Below are positions 62,692 through 64,000 of a stretch of 64,000 nt of DNA, piece after piece. The notes under the pieces are model-generated. The model made no database searches, was not told the origin of the DNA, and saw only the letters and a program-made list of their open reading frames with translations. Every line of letters begins with the position of its first letter. The first letter of the stretch is position 1. The DNA comes from Chiloscyllium plagiosum (Eukaryota): positions 8,247,451 to 8,311,450 of the forward strand of contig NC_057749.1 of the NCBI RefSeq assembly GCF_004010195.1. The letters run 5' to 3'. The translations under genes and the position numbers were made by a program.

Positions 62692-63074
62692 TGAAACAGA
62701 AATTGTGTTTGGGTCATTTATCACAGCTGCTTGAGGATATAACAAAAAGGGGAGATAAGGGAGGCGAGTAGATGTAGTCAACTGGATTAGCAAGAGGCAT
62801 TCAATAGGATGGTTATGGCATGAGATAAGAACTCATAGTGTTGGGATGAAATACTAGCCAGGATGGAACACAGAACAATACAGCACAGGAACAGGCCCTG
62901 AGGCCTACCACACCTGCCACAAACAGGATGCCATTCTAAACGAATACTTGGGTAACAAATGGGAAACTGAGAGTCAGGATAAATAGGTCATTTTAGAATT
63001 GGTAAAATGTAACTGGTACAAGGACCAGAGGAGCTGAATACCCTACTCCTACACCTAGTTCTTATGTTTCTGGG

Positions 63075-63370
63075 ATTACCAGCATTTATTGCCCATTCCT
63101 AATAACCCTAATGAAGGTGATAGTGTGCATCTTCTTGAACTGCTACAAAATATTTGGAGTAGGAACACCCTCAGTGCTCTCAAATACACTGAAGGAATAG
63201 TGGTACATTTCCAAGTTAGGATATGAGTGGCTTGGATGGTATCTTGAAGGTGGTGGTGTTCCCATGTATCGGCTGCCATTGTTCTTGTAGATGGTGATGG
63301 TACAGGTTGGGGAAGTGCTGCTGAAGGTGTAAACCTCTTTAGAATATCGTGAGGTCTTGCAGTGCACCCT
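63075..63370 (-). mobile_element. CR1-type LINE family-B 3' end
   Basis: CCAGCATTTATTGCCCAT..CTAAT tail and shared core. Confidence 0.8.
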
Positions 63371-64000
63371 GTAGTGTTCAAGCCTCTCTTTTCTGTGCTG
63401 GTTAGTTTGTTGGACATGTTGACTGTCTCCAGTAGATGTCCCAGCAATGGAAGTGCTGAGTCACCAAATCTCAACAAAACCCATCTGTTCCCAATGCTTC
63501 CCACGCACTTGTGCAAGATTTTAAAGCAGCCAAACCTGGCAGAATTCCAAAGAAGCTCAGAGACCCAGAATTCCCTGAAAGCAGCAGTTTGCTAATTTAG
63601 CACTTTCAAAATTCCATTATATCCTCCCAGCTGCTGAGATTCCCTACCAGGGGCAATAAGTAGCAAAGCTGTTCCTTTCATCTGATATGAGAAAGGAAAG
63701 AAGGAAGGAGGGAAGGAAATAGAGAAAATTGCAAAACAATAGAGATATTTTAAAACTATTTCAAATGTAGCACCTGTGAGTTCAACAGTTAGGTACTCAC
63801 TATCTCTTGAAAGCACTGTAATATTACTGGGACACAATGATGAGCGGCAACAGACCATTTGCATGTATGGTGCCTCACAATGATCAATGACCCTGTTTGC
63901 TATTCTTTCATGAGCTGTGTGTTAGTGTGACAGTTGTGGACACCTCAAGGTGCTGGAGCAGTCCCACCAATGCTGCCCATACAAGATCCTGTGAATCGCT

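Overview
Eukaryotic, repeat-dense, apparently non-coding DNA (intergenic or deep intron) with three assembly gaps. The repeats (HE1-type V-SINEs with (TAATC)n tails, their CR1/HER1 LINE partners, Penelope-like elements) point to a cartilaginous fish, probably a shark. No intact protein-coding gene is supported: the ORF track is explained by LINE/Penelope/RTE fragments, simple repeats, N-runs or chance. Main observations: (1) about 20 short Penelope-derived inserts in at least four sequence families, most showing a minimal type-I hammerhead ribozyme core (CUGANGA-helix II-GAAA-palindrome-UH) with covarying helices, often as TSD-flanked inverted pairs; (2) three independent cases of nearby DNA (59-167 bp) copied into the middle of a LINE with junction microhomology; (3) a TSD-flanked, tailless tRNA-Val(CAC) copy carrying extra upstream sequence; (4) a degenerate interstitial (TTAGGG)n array inside a LINE; (5) an unclassified ~0.8-0.95 kb element family with a variable internal region; (6) several repeat-free islands that look like conserved enhancers. 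Family names come from recognition by eye, not a database search, and boundaries of decayed repeats are approximate.
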